Position numbers and translations under genes: made by a program. Of a stretch of 64,000 bases of DNA, positions 33,022 through 46,176 are shown piece after piece. Origin of the DNA: Azolla caroliniana (taxonomy: Eukaryota > Plantae > Polypodiophyta); the NCBI GenBank assembly GCA_043228905.1, contig JBHGNT010000020.1:7750001-7814000 (forward strand), given 5' to 3'. The notes below the pieces were generated by a model. The model was not told the DNA's origin. It was given only the letters and a program-made list of their open reading frames with translations, and did no database searches. Within the stretch, counting starts at the first letter, position 1; each line of letters opens with the position of its first letter.

Positions 33022-36000
33022 GAAAGCAAAGAGAGCAAGAGAGAAGGAGCCATGAGTGTGATCAACCTCTTCGAAGTGGCCCTCCTTTGGCAAGCAAGGA
33101 TGTGTAGGATGAGCTACAAGAAGGCGAGAATTTGTGGTCATTAGGATCCAACCACTTTTCGAGGGTTATTGGTTTAATACCATATCAATTTTTTACCATA
33201 TTCATATGTGTGCATGTGTATTTGCATATGCATGGTTGTGTTTGTATGTGTCTATTTGTATGCATGTATGAATGCATGCACACATGCATTTGTAGCATTC
33301 CATCTCATGTTCTTTTTTTACATGTTAATTTGTGTATTTGCTATTGTCATTTCACAAGCAAGAAGAGTTCTTTTGGTCTTGAGAAGCCTCATGCGGAGCT
33401 CATGATGGCGATGCTTTCTCTATAACTATGGATGGTCTTCATTCCTTTCATGAATTTTTGGATTTGGAGGTTGACATTTATTAGGAACATTTCTGAAGCC
33501 AAGTGGGTGTTTATTCATCGAATCCCACCCACTTTAATCTTCACTAACCATGTCTGTGGATTTTTATTATTACCTAACATTGTATTCATCTTTCTTGGTG
33601 CTACATCATTAGGAGAATGCAAGGTCCTCATTTCTACTTGTTGTAAAGGAAGGAGATTGATAAATAAATCATTGCATGTGTTATAATATATTACTTTCCT
33701 CTCATCTAATGAATTATTGTTTGTTTGAAACATTATTTGAACCGTAGGTATGTCATTATTATAGCAAGTTGGTTTTGCATGTGTTTGTTTGTTGCAAACT
33801 ATATAATCTAAGGAAAAGGTGTATTAGAAAGAGATGTTGTATTACCAATAGTGTGATTGATATGTATGGTAAATGTGGCTTGACCCATGTAGCACATATA
33901 TGCTTGATAAGCTTCACATATTGAATCAGTCATATATTAATCTCTTCCTCGTTAAATAATGTTGTGATGTGAGAAGTTATTGAGCATTTGAAGGAACTTC
34001 TTGTAGTGATGGGGTATTCATGATGATTGTTGATGAATTTCATAAAGTTTAAATGTAGAATAACTATCAAACCAAATAATGAACTCTTGAGTCTTTATTA
34101 GTAAAAAAATATCTATGATTTAGGTGCAAATAGACACGGGCCCCTACACACATAGATACATACACACATGTTATACAACTAAGATATACTACACATACAA
34201 TATAATACATACATAAATAAACATGGAATACAATACATACATGCAATGCAATACATACATATGAACACACACATAACACATACATACATAAAGTATATAT
34301 AACATATGCAATACAATATAATACATACATACACACATGTATAAAACATACATGTGTCTTCTATATAAGGGCATTTAAAATGAGTTGTTGTCAAAATATA
34401 TATTGGCACTAAGGGATATTTTTATTAATCGTATTTTTATAGAAGGGTATCTAAAATAGTAAAAAACATACGTATAAGGGGTTTATAAAAGGCGCCGCGA
34501 ACGCACATGATATAACCTCTTTATATATACTGGAGACCTTGGGAGTAGAGTTCTCTACTACTTCGCGTCTTGTGTGGGCGAACAGCTTCTGAGCTATATT
34601 CGGGATGTGAAAACGACGAAGGATGGTTGGGGAAATCTAAAAAAGATTTTCACCGCAAGCACCACAACTAGGAAGCTTCAACTCTAACAGGAGCTGAGCA
34701 ACTTACGACAATGCGACTTGTCGGTGGCTAGTGACACCTTGAAGATCAAAGAGATATGCGACTCCTTAGCCTCTATCGATGTGAACATCGAGGAAGGCGA
34801 GATGGTGCAGATTTGTCTCGGGGGACTAACGTCGAAGTTCGGAGCGTTCCGAACTGTTGTGTGTACACGGGAGAATACACCGTTGTTTTTCAACCTATAG
34901 TTGATGCTCCTTATAGAGGAGAACCATGCGGGTGTGTTGACGAGCACGTACGCCAACATCAAGATGCTGTACAAGGAGGGAGATAGGCCCCGTGGTCGTG
35001 GCGGACGAGGCGAGTTGGTGCGCAATGGAAGCGGCCGACGGGATCAAGGAAGAAGGCATCGAAGTGATGCCGACAGCAATTCCGGACCCTCCGGAAACAG
35101 GGGGAGTCGAGGTGACGAGAACCGGCAAGGGAAACTCGTCGTGGAATGCTGGTATTGTTGCAAGAAAGGCCACAAGGAGAGCGAGTGCTGGAAGAAGCGC
35201 GCTGATTTGGAGAGGACCAGATCCGGATCAGGTTCCGGACAAACCGACAGGGGTAATCGGCAACGATTGCACTACGCCGAAGGATCTGGAAAAGCCAAAA
35301 AAGGTTCAGCCTTGATGACGAAACACGAAGCGAACTCGATGAAGAAGTCCACCCCGAAATCGGACGAGGTGTGGTACGTCGACCTCGGCGCATCAAACCA
35401 CATGACATGCCATAAGGAGTGGTTCTCATACCTTGAGAAACCGATGCAACCGGGAGTAGTCGCAACCGGAGACGACACTTCGCACAATCGCGAATGTCGG
35501 TGAAGTTCCCCTGAGCCATGTCGGGCAGAAACGGAAACTCATGAACATGTTACACGTTCCAACAATCACGAAGAACCTGGTGTCGGTCGGACAGATCGTC
35601 GACCAAGGGATGCAGGTTCGGTTTACGCATCTCAGGTGCTTCATCGAGGAAGAAGGCCGAGTTATTGCGGAAGGGCGTAGAGACGAGAGGATGCTTATCC
35701 TCAACTCTAGTGACGGTGGCACCACAATGTTAGCGAAAGGACAAAATGTTGAGTCAGATATCGACTTATGGCACAAGCGGATAGGCCACGTCAACTATCG
35801 ACGGCTTCAAGACCTGCAATCGAAATAGGTGGTGTTCCGATTGCCCAAATTTAGTGGCCGGAAGGCACAAATTTGTGAAGCCTGCCAACTAGGGAAGCAA
35901 CACCAACTTCCTTTACCCCGACGAGCGTAACCGGAACCGGAACAAGCTCGACTTGATACATTCCAATGTATGGGGGCCGACATAGAATGTTAGTCTTGGC

Positions 36001-39000
36001 GGGAGTCGATATTTCGTCTCCTTCATCGACGACTATACGCGACACACATGGATCTACCTCATTCAGAAGAAGAGTGAAGTCTTCGATTGTTTCCGGGACC
36101 TCAAGAGTTTCGTCGAAAGGGAAACATGAAGAAAGATCAAGTGCTTGTGGTCGGATGGCAGAAAAGAGTACTTCTCTGGTCAATTCAATGGGTATTTGCA
36201 ACAGATGGGAATTCAACACGAATTCAGTTGCAGATATACGCCGGAGCAAAACAACGTGGCCAAAAGTAAAAATCTGTCGGTTGTGGAAGCGGCGCGGACA
36301 ATGCTAGAAAAGAAGAGCTTGCCCAAGTTCTATTGGGTCGAGGCGGTACGAACCGCGGAGTACATCCAGAATCGGATCGGAGACAAAGTGTCTGCGCATT
36401 AGCAGTATTTCGGAAGGAAGCCGAATCTATGACACTTGAGAGTTTTTGGTAGCATTGCGTATGTGCATGTGCCAAAGGAGAAACAGAGGAAGTTGGACGT
36501 GAAAGCTCAGAAGTGTATCTTAGCCGGCTATTCGGATGAGCAGAAGGGTTATAAGTGCTATAACCCCCGAACCAAACAAGCTCGTGTAAGCCGCAATGTT
36601 GTGTTTGACGAGTCCGCGTCCTGGTACTTGCCTCCGACTCCGAACCTCAACTCCAATCCGAGCTCTGATGATGAGGTCAGCGAGGCTGAAGTGCCTCCCG
36701 ATGAGGGTGACATCGGGACCCTTGAAGAGAGTCCGATCTCGTTTTGGTTGAGTGGACTGAATGGACAACTGAGTCTCTTTGACCAGTCCAAAGAAGAGCC
36801 GGCGAGTAGTGGAGACTCGACCGTGCATTCCCCGCGCAGGAAGCCGAGGAGATGGCTTACGCGCAAGTAAAAAGGGAAGAAGAAGGTGTCGGATTACGGC
36901 ACGGATAGGAACAAGTCGGACCGATGCGAGTCCGACTCCGAGGGAAGTGATGACGGGTCTTCAAGAGCGAAGTCCGCGTCGGCTAAGGAAGCCTCAACAT
37001 CGGCTAATGAGCAATTACGCCGATCTACCCGCCAGAAGAACCCTGTTGTGTGGTTCGGATACAATGAGTACATGGCACATAACTATGCGTACATGACCCA
37101 TGTAGCGGAAGTGTGTGAGCCGGAGAGCTACGCCGAAACAGCGAAGGACGCGAATTGGCATGCCGCAATGGAAGAAGAGATGCGCGTATTGGCTGAAAAG
37201 GAAACTAGGGACCTAGTTGACGCACTGAAAGGTGTGAAGCCGATCGGATGTAGGTGGGTGCACAAGGTCAAGTACAACACTGATGACTTGGTCAACTGAT
37301 ACAAGGCCCGGTTAGTAGTGAAAGGCTACGCGCAACAACACTGCATCGACTAAGATGAGACGTTTGCACCGGTCGCAAAGATGACGACCATCGGCGTTTT
37401 GCTCGCAGTAGCTGCGGCCAAGGGGTGGCACTTACATCAGATGGATGTAAGGAAGGCGTTCTTGCAAGGTGAGCTTGAGGAATAGGTGTACATGGTACAT
37501 CCCCCCTGATTTCACTTCGAAACGAACACCTCGGCGGTGTGCCGGTTGAAGAAGTCCCTTTACGGACTAAAGCAAGCCTCACATGCCTGGAACGCGAAGA
37601 TCACGCAATGATTGCGTCGGATGGGCTTTGCGATGTCAAAATTGAACTCCTCACTATTCATGTGGACAGGTTGACTCGGGCCGGTTAGCATTTTACTTTA
37701 TGTTGATGACTTGGTCATCACCGGTGCCGACCTAGGTGAGATTGACCATGTGAAGCTCCAGCTTGTGGCATCATTCAACATGAAGGATCTGGGGGACCTT
37801 CATTACTTCCTCGGGATCGAAGTGATCCGCACCCCCGAAGGCATACTAATCAGCCAACGACATTACGTGCTGAGTATGCTCTTCAAATTCGGGATGGCCA
37901 AAGTATGCGACCCGATAAGGTTCCGACAGATAGTCGGAAGCCTTATATACTTGACCATCACTCGACCAGATCTCAGCTACCCGGTCGGGGTGATTAGTCA
38001 ATTCATGGTGTGACCTACCGAGGAGCACCTTCAGTGTGCGCAACGCGTACTACGATACGTAAGCGACACTAAGGACTGGGGGCTACTATATCGGACTGGT
38101 ATAACCCTACAGTTGGTCGGCTACACCGATGCCGACTAGGCTGACGACATCGCCGATCGCCGATCCACGTCTTGTTTCACGTTCTCTCATGGGAGTGCCG
38201 CGATCGTGTGGAGTAGCAAGAAGTAACCGATAGTTGCGTTGTCGAGCACCGAAGTCGAGTATAGATGAGCGGTTGTTGCTACATGCGAAGCCATATGGTT
38301 GAAACGACTACTTAAGGATCTGCAGGTGGAGGTATCCGATACAACAACAATCTACTGCGACAACCTTAGTAGCATCCAGCTAGCAAAGAACCCTGTTTTC
38401 CACGCTCGGACTAGGCACATTGAGGTGCACTACCATTTCGTCTGTGAGCGCATCCTCTCCGGTCAAGTCGGATTTCAGCATGTTCCGACGGATTGGTAGA
38501 CCACCGACATCTTCACCAAGCCTCTTGGTCTAGACAAGTTGCGGCAATTCTCGGGTGTGCTTGGGTTGCGTCACCTCGATGTGCCAAACTTGAGGGGGAG
38601 AGGCATCCCAAATGACCACAGAAGGGGGAGAGAGGTTCTGGAAGACCGCGACGCCGAGTCGAATGACAAATTTGATTTTGGATTGGCTGAAGAAGTCGAG
38701 GGCGGATCTGCGGAAGATTCCGAAAACGGACATAAGGGGAACAATCGAAAGAAAGAGCCGAAGCTAACCAAGTGTGGGGGAGACGAAACCATCAAGGGCG
38801 AGAAGACCGAAGACGAGTTGGAGACAACCAACTCGAACGAAAGAGAAAATCGATTGGAGGAAACCGAGTCGGTTCGGATGTTTGATTCGGATACGCCAAA
38901 TCAACTGAGGACCAAGCGGAAGAGAAGGCAGCAGAAGAAGCGCCAACACCGTGACAATAACAGAGTTGAGAAGGGTCGTGCGGGCACGCAAGCCGACCGG

Positions 39001-39218
39001 AAGGGTCGAGGTGCGCGAAATCGAACAGGTCGAGGAGCGCGAGCAAGGCGTGAAGCTAGAAGGAACCGGAGTGTAGATCCGGAAGAGCGAATGGAACCTC
39101 AAGTTGAGCTTGAGGGGGAGTGTTGAGATACAAGCTCAACATTGGCCGAATCAGCTGTGCAAGCCGAGAACCGGATCAGTTGGGATCGATCGATTAGGCT
39201 GGATCGGTGCGTAAACCG

Positions 39219-41253
39219 GATGTTCAGTAACGACTATAGTCGGAAGACATGGGCCTTTGTACTGAATTTGAAGGATCAAGTAATGTCATTTTTCAAGGAG
39301 TTCCAGGCAAGAGCCGAAAGAGAGTCAGGTTGGAAGTTGAAGGTTGTTTGAATCGACAATGGTGGCGAGTATAGAGGGCAATTCGAGGAATACTGCAAGT
39401 GCCAAGGTATTCGGATCGAACACACAGTTCCAAAGACCCTAGAGTTGAACGGGCTTGCAGAGAGGATGAATCGAACAATCATGGAGAGGGTAAGGAGCAT
39501 GCTCTCTCATGCGAAATTGCCGAAATCTTATTGGGCTAAGGCAATGTACACAGTTGTTTATCTGGTCAACAGGTCTCCCTCAGTACCATTAAAGGGTGAT
39601 GTCCCACAGAGAGTGTGGATAGGGAAGGATGTCTCCTACCAACATCTGAGGGTGTTCGGATGTTTGGGGTATATGCATGTACCGAAGGATCAGAGGTCAA
39701 AGCTCGACAGTAAGTCGAAGGCATGCATATTCATGGGATACTAATGAGTTCGGCTATAGGCTATGGGATTTGGTCGACAAGAAGGTAGTGAGAAGTCGGG
39801 ATGTAGTCTTTCTTGAAGATAAGACTATTAAACACTGGAAGCAACAGAAGTCAGATACAACTCCCCAGTCAACCTCGACTATTGTTGATCTAAGGTTAAG
39901 TGAACCAACAACGTCGACTGTTTGGAGACGGGCAGTTAGCATAGCCGAATCCGAGTTGGTCGACTCGGAGAGACCAACCGACTGTGAGTCAAAGTCGGTA
40001 GAGCTGCTAAGGTCAAGTGAAGAGTATGAGTGGAGTCGTCCAACCTGAAGATGCCGATTGACGAGAAGAATCCCGAGTGGAGAGAAGGGTTGGCAGAGAC
40101 ATCCGAAAGAGAGCCAACAACAAGTTGAAGAAGATACCCACTCAGAGAAAGGAAAGCATCGACTACATATGCCAGTCAATACATCCTCTTGACTGATGAA
40201 GGTGAACCGGAGTGCTATGAAGAAGCCATTGCCGACGAGCACAGAGAAAAATGGCTGAGCGCGATGCAAGATGAGATGGAATCCTTGCACGAGAACTACA
40301 CCTACGACCTGGTAGAGCTGACGAAAGGTAAGAGAGCACTCAAGAATAAATGGGTCTACAAGGTGAAGACTGGAGAAGCCGATAGTGAGCCCAGGTATAA
40401 AGCCCGCATAGTGGCGATTGGTTTTCAACACAAAAAGTGCGTCGACTTTGACGAAATATTCGCACCAGTCGTGAAGATGACATCCATTCGAACTGTTCTG
40501 AGCATAGTGACCAATATGGATCTAGAGATCGAACAGTTGGATGTCAAAACCACATTTCTACATGGGGAGCTAGAAAAAGAAATCTATATGCAGCAACCTG
40601 AAGGCTTTGAGGAGAAAGGGAAAGAGAATCAGGTGTGTCGACTGAAGAAAAGCTTGTACGGTCTGAAACAAGTTGCACACCAATGGTAGAACAAGTTCAA
40701 GTCCTTCATGATGGAACACCGGTTCCAAAAAGCCGATCACTGTGTGTTCTTCAAGAGGTACGAAGAAGGAGACTTCTTGATTCTCTTGTTATATGTTGAT
40801 GACATGTTGATAGTCGGTCAAGATACAAGGAAGATTCGAAGCTAGCAGAAAGCTCTCGGCAAATCGTTTGCCATGAAAGACCTTGGACTGGCTAAACTTA
40901 TCTTGGGAATGCACATAGTTCGAGACAGAACTCAAAAGGTGCTATGGCTGTCACAATAGAAGTATGTGACAAAGATCCTAGAGAGATTTAACATGTTAGA
41001 TGCAAAGCCGGTCGGCTCAGTATTGCCGACAAACTACAAGTTAAATGCAAAGCAGTGCCTGAGGGAGGAGAAGGAGAATGCCGAGATGAGGAAGGTACCA
41101 TATGCCTCGGTTGTCGGTAGCCTAATGCATGCTATGGTTTGTACGAGACCAGACATAGCATTTGCTGTAGGAGCAGTAAGCCAATATATGAGTAATCCAG
41201 GGAGAGAACACTGGCCAACAATGAAGTGGACACTCAGGTACTTAAAGGGAACC
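39219..41253 (+). mobile_element. Fragment of a Tnt1/Tork-like copia (integrase to RT)
   Basis: NDYSRKTW, DNGGEY, NGLAERMNRT, QLDVKTTFLHG, YVDDML, LRYLKGT; both ends truncated; related to the element at 59128. Confidence 0.88.
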
Positions 41254-44200
41254 TCGAGGGAGATGTCAAGTTCTTCGATTATGGTTTTGATCCACAATCC
41301 TTCTTTGGTCGTTAGAGCGGCCGCCACTTACTCAGCTTCAACGCTCGAAAGTGCTACAGATACTTGTCGTTTGCTTTTCCAAGTGATTGTGGCACCACCA
41401 AATATAAGAACCATGCCTAATGTTGAATGAGAGGTATCAAGATCCCCCCCAATCCGAATCCGTCCAACCAACCAAAGAAGTAACGATCCATCCATCCACT
41501 AGGTTGTGACGAATTCTTGGATTGGAAACTTCGATATGTGAGACCCATATCCTTGGTATATTGGAGATATCGTAGAACACGTTTAAGAGCTTGCCCATGT
41601 GCAAGTCCAGGATTTTGCATAAATCTAGAAAGAAATCCTCCACAATAAGAAAGATCGGGACGAGTGCAACTCACGAGATACCTTATACTGCCTAAGATTT
41701 GGTGATAAGGGAGTGATTTCATAATTTGTTCTTCTTCAATTGACATCGGGCTAGCATTTGTTGAAAGTTTGCATTAAACCGGCATAGGAGTTGAGATTGG
41801 CTTACAATCAACCATCTCGAACTTTTGAAGAATATCATCCACCAATTTTCGTTGTGTTAAGGTTAGAGTTCCTTCTATGTGATTTCGGGTGACCTTGATT
41901 CCAAGACAATATTCGAGATGTCGAAGATCTTGCACCGGGAACTTCTCCTTTAATTGATTTATTGTGTTCCTTATTGAAGCTATAGAATTAGAAGCAATTG
42001 GTAAATCATCCACATAAACACCAATAATAACATAGATAGTGCCATCCTTGTGAATATAGATATTTCGGCTTGAAGACGATTGAAGCCGATGGAAACAAGA
42101 TAAGTATGTAATTTGAAATGCCACATCCTCGAAGATTGCTTTAGACCATATAATGATTTGTGGAGTTTACAAACAAAGTTCCGAAATTGAGGATCTAAAA
42201 AGTGACTTGGTTGCTCCATATAAATCTCCTCCTCGAGATCTCCATGTAGAAAAGTGGTCTCAATATCGAGATGATGGAGTTTAAGGTTAAGGCTAGCGGA
42301 AATCGAGAACATTAACCGAAGAGACACCATCTCTTAAGGTAGGTGCAAAAGTATCTTTAAAATCTATGCCGGGGATTTGTGAAAATCCTCTAGCAACAAC
42401 ACATACCTTAAATCGAACCACAATGCCTTGGGCGTCCGTTTTTTTGGTAAGGACCCATTTGCATGAAATAACATTTCAATCTTTGGGGTGTGGAACTAAG
42501 GTCCAAGTCTTATTCCAACTTAAAGCATCGATTTCGGCTTGCATTGCGGCCTCCCATTGCGTAGCATTGGAACCATGAAGGGCCTTTTCTGGTGTTAAGT
42601 CAAAAACTTGATCATGATCATCCATAAAATCATCATCCATATTGTTATTGTCGACATCAACCAATAGCATTTCAATTGGTTCAGTAAATTAAATCTCCAT
42701 AAGTTCATTAATATTCTTAAATTTTCTTTTGATTTTAGGTTTTCTTGATTTTAATTGTTGAAAATACTCTTCATCCTTAAATTTTGAGTTTGGTGAAACG
42801 TGAAGAATTGAGTTCTTGGAGAAATTTTCATGTAAGAAATCCTTATTAGTTCCTCCAAGGCCATTGAAATTATCACCAACTTTAGGGGAAATATCAAGAG
42901 AGGATGAAGACGACAAAACATGAGTTGGAGTAGATAGACTTTCTTCATTCATTCGATGAAGTGAATTTGATTGTTGTTGTTGTTGTTGTCCACCATCTTC
43001 ATCTTTACTTGGTTGATGGATGGTAGTGGTGGACACTCAATTGAAATGGAATTTTATGATGATAATGTGTTACTTCACTTTGAATGGTTGCATCCTCATC
43101 AAGCTTTCATACTTGTTCTCTAGTAATAGGGCCTTTGTACTCTTTTCTATGCGAGATATTCAAAGGCATTAGTAAATTTGTATTAATATTTTGATGAGAA
43201 TGTTCTTCTACCTTCGTTGGGAGATTTGATAAGAGACCCTCCCCATCGAACATAACCGATCGGCTAAATAAAAATTTCCTTGTCTTGAGATCAAATAATT
43301 TGTAGGCTTTGACTCTTACTCTGGCCGATTCTCCATAACCAACGAAAATTCCTTTTCTAGCATGTGGATCTAACTTTCTCCTTTTCTCTTGTGGAATATG
43401 ATTGTATGTCGTGGCACCAAATGCACGAAGGTGCGAAAGATTTGGTTTATGGCCAAACCACATTGCATATGGAGTATTCAAACCAAGAGCTTTATGAGGT
43501 GATCGATTTTGAAGGTAGCAAGCCGTTGCAATCACCTCTTGCCAAAATTGATTGTGAAGTCCCGCAACTTCTAGCATACTCCGACTAGCATCCAAGAATG
43601 TTTGATTCTTATGTTCGGCGACTCCATTTTGTTGTGGATTATAAGGAACGGTATGTTAATGCCTAATGCCATGCTTTTGACAAAACTTTATCCATACATG
43701 TGAGAAATATTCACCACCATTGTCCGTTCTTATTGTGTTTATTTTACTTTGACATAGATTTTCCACATAAGCTTTATAAGTTGTGAAAGCATTAAAAACG
43801 TCGTATTTTGCTTTCAAGAAATATATAATTGTGAATCTTGCATGATCGTCAATAAATGAAATAAAGTACTTGTTACCATTCAATGACGTAGTCGGCATCG
43901 GTTCACATAAATCCGAGTGAACTAATTGTAGTCTTCTTTCGGTTTGACTCACACTGTGTGGGAATTGTTGACAACTTTGTTTTCCGAAAATATAACCTTC
44001 ACATAATGGTAAGTGCCAAAAAGGTGTTGACGACATTCCTCCACTTAACTTGTATATTTGAATGGTTTTCATCAACTTTGGATTAAGATGTCCAAGATGA
44101 TAATGCCAAAGTAGGGTGGTATTGGTCATGATGTTGCCTAATGTTGTGTGTGCTTCAATTTGAAGAGGATAAAGGTGGCCAAGTTTTGGGCATGATGTTA

Positions 44201-45972
44201 TTAACATTTCACCATTTGGTAGATTGTGTTTAATAATAGTACAATTTGAATGAAATTCAATAATAATTCCATTTGTGGTTGCTTCACTAACCGATAATAA
44301 ATTCTTTGTGATACCTAAAACATAGTGAACATTTGGAATAATCATTCTCCTTGTTTGATTAATGGAAAGGTGAACTTCTCCTTTTCCAATGGCAGCTTTT
44401 GTGCCGTTGTCTCCAAATCCAACTTCTAGAGCTTGTGGAAGTGTTTTATAATTTTGGGGCAAGTTCTTGTTGTGAGTGAAATGTGTGTTGCCCTAGTGTC
44501 AAGGAACCATAGATTTGAGGCATTCTCCGATTTTGCTACCGCCATATACGCTTCTATTTTGTTGGATCCTCTTTCACCTTTTGTTTGTATTACTTCCATC
44601 TCACACATGAATGCTTGTATAAAATTGTTGTCTTCATCTTTAGTATTGGATTACAATGAAGCATTGTTTGCTTGTGGAAAGAATATTCTACCTTTCCCCT
44701 TTTGGTCGTATTGTTTCTTTCGACACTCACGTTCAAGATGGCCCGGTTTGTTGCAATATCTACAAAAAATTGTAGACATGTTGATTGATCCCAGTCCTCC
44801 TTGAGGAGGCTTATTCCTTGGATGAAATTTTTGGAATGTCTTCGGCTTGTGGTAATTGCCTTTGTAATGATGTCTCATGGACGCCGCCATTGCCATGTGA
44901 CTTGTGTCGGTTTGACCATTTGGTTTCTTCCTCCGTAGTTCGTCTTGCTTGATTTTCGCAATCAAGGTTGGGAGATTGAGATCCTTCTCATTGATATGGA
45001 TGCTCATGAATGTTATCCATGATTCCAGAAAGGAACCCATTAGTATTTCACATTTTGATGTTTCATCAATAATGTTACCTGTTGAGATTGCAGAATCTAG
45101 TTGTCTTTGCCAATTGCTTATGAAGGTGTTCGTTGGTTCTCCTTCACGCATCTCCATGTTCATTAGGGTTCGGTAGGAGAAGATTTTGGTTGTACCGTCG
45201 GAGGGTTGGTGTAATTGTTGAAGATGATCCCACACTACTCGTGCAGATCCAAGACTTCGAACATGATCAACTTGTCGATCACATAGATGCATAATTTTCT
45301 CCATTCTTGCATCTAGATCTCTACTTTTCCAATCACTCAATTCAGGTTCTATTACGAACAATTTACGATTCCTATAAGGTTTTTTCTTTTGAGAATTAAC
45401 TCCATTCTCGTTCTCCACATTCAATAATTGTGATCAGTGAGTTTCTCCACTACATACTTTCTTGCCATTTGGTTCGATGATGCAACATTGATTGGATTTC
45501 CAATAAAGTCTGATTGGTTTTAAGTATCAGTGGTCGACGACATCTTGTATAGATTGTTCAGATCAATCTAACGTGATTTACGTCACTTATTTATTCACAT
45601 ATTACTTATGTGATGAATGTCACTCTAATACCATGTGAGAAATTAAAGAGAGAGAGAAAAGAAAGAGAGAAAGAGGGGTAGAGAGAGAGAGAGAGAGAGA
45701 TCACTTACAACTTGTAATAGTGGGTTTTTTTACATGCAATTAATATAATTGTGTGATTTTACCAAAGAGAGAGAGAGAGAGAGAGAGAGAGCAAAATTGT
45801 GTAGTACATATTAAAATCAAGTATCAAGATACATCATGTTTGTTATATCTAGGAGAGGTTACAAGAGGTACACCTCTTCATCTAAAGTTGTATGAAGGGG
45901 TGCATCTATTTCGTAACAATAAATGGCTAATAATAGGTTAGGTAAAATGTTTCTATATTAATTATTCTAACA
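41254..45972 (-). mobile_element. Degenerate AT-rich Ty1/copia element D, 3' end missing
   Basis: LTR 45634-45972 (tgt..aca); PBS 45633-45622; gag with CRYCNKPGHLEREC, WFLDT, HSDLCEP, TDNGGEY, YVDDL, TDSDWG. Confidence 0.88.
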
Positions 45973-46176
45973 AGATGATTTTTCCTAGGAAGCGAGGATG
46001 CAGAAGGCATCGTCGACTAAAGAACAAGCCACGAGAGGCGCGAATAGTGCAGCAACCGCGACGGGTATGTATCAAACGAACAGGAGGTCGGCTATAGAAC
46101 AACCACATACGCCATCTATAACTGGACTGTACATGCGAGCAGGGGAGTCCAATGCATCCCCCAACCATTGCCTCAT

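Larger units (their letters stand above)
24493..34542. mobile_element. Non-autonomous Pack-type DNA insertion (~3.05 kb excluding the nested gypsy) with 8-9-bp TSD
   Basis: gagtagagt duplicated at 24484-24492 and 34543-34551 inside copia gag; weak terminal inverted similarity (cctgggggcttca vs cccaaggtctcca); AT-rich arms; carries host gene fragments; superfamily not resolved. Confidence 0.75.
23999..39218 (+). mobile_element. Ty1/copia element C (same lineage as B), interrupted in its 5' LTR and in gag; 3' LTR truncated
   Basis: LTR remnant 23999-24212, PBS tggtatcagagc 24213-24224, gag from 24302 broken at 24492 and resuming at 34552; degenerate pol to 39126; PPT 39110-39120; 3' LTR start tgttgag at 39121. 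Confidence 0.92.

Noticed and set aside
38539-39126. env-like extra ORF as in SIRE elements
   Set aside because: In frame with Pol, highly charged, with no signal or transmembrane segment.
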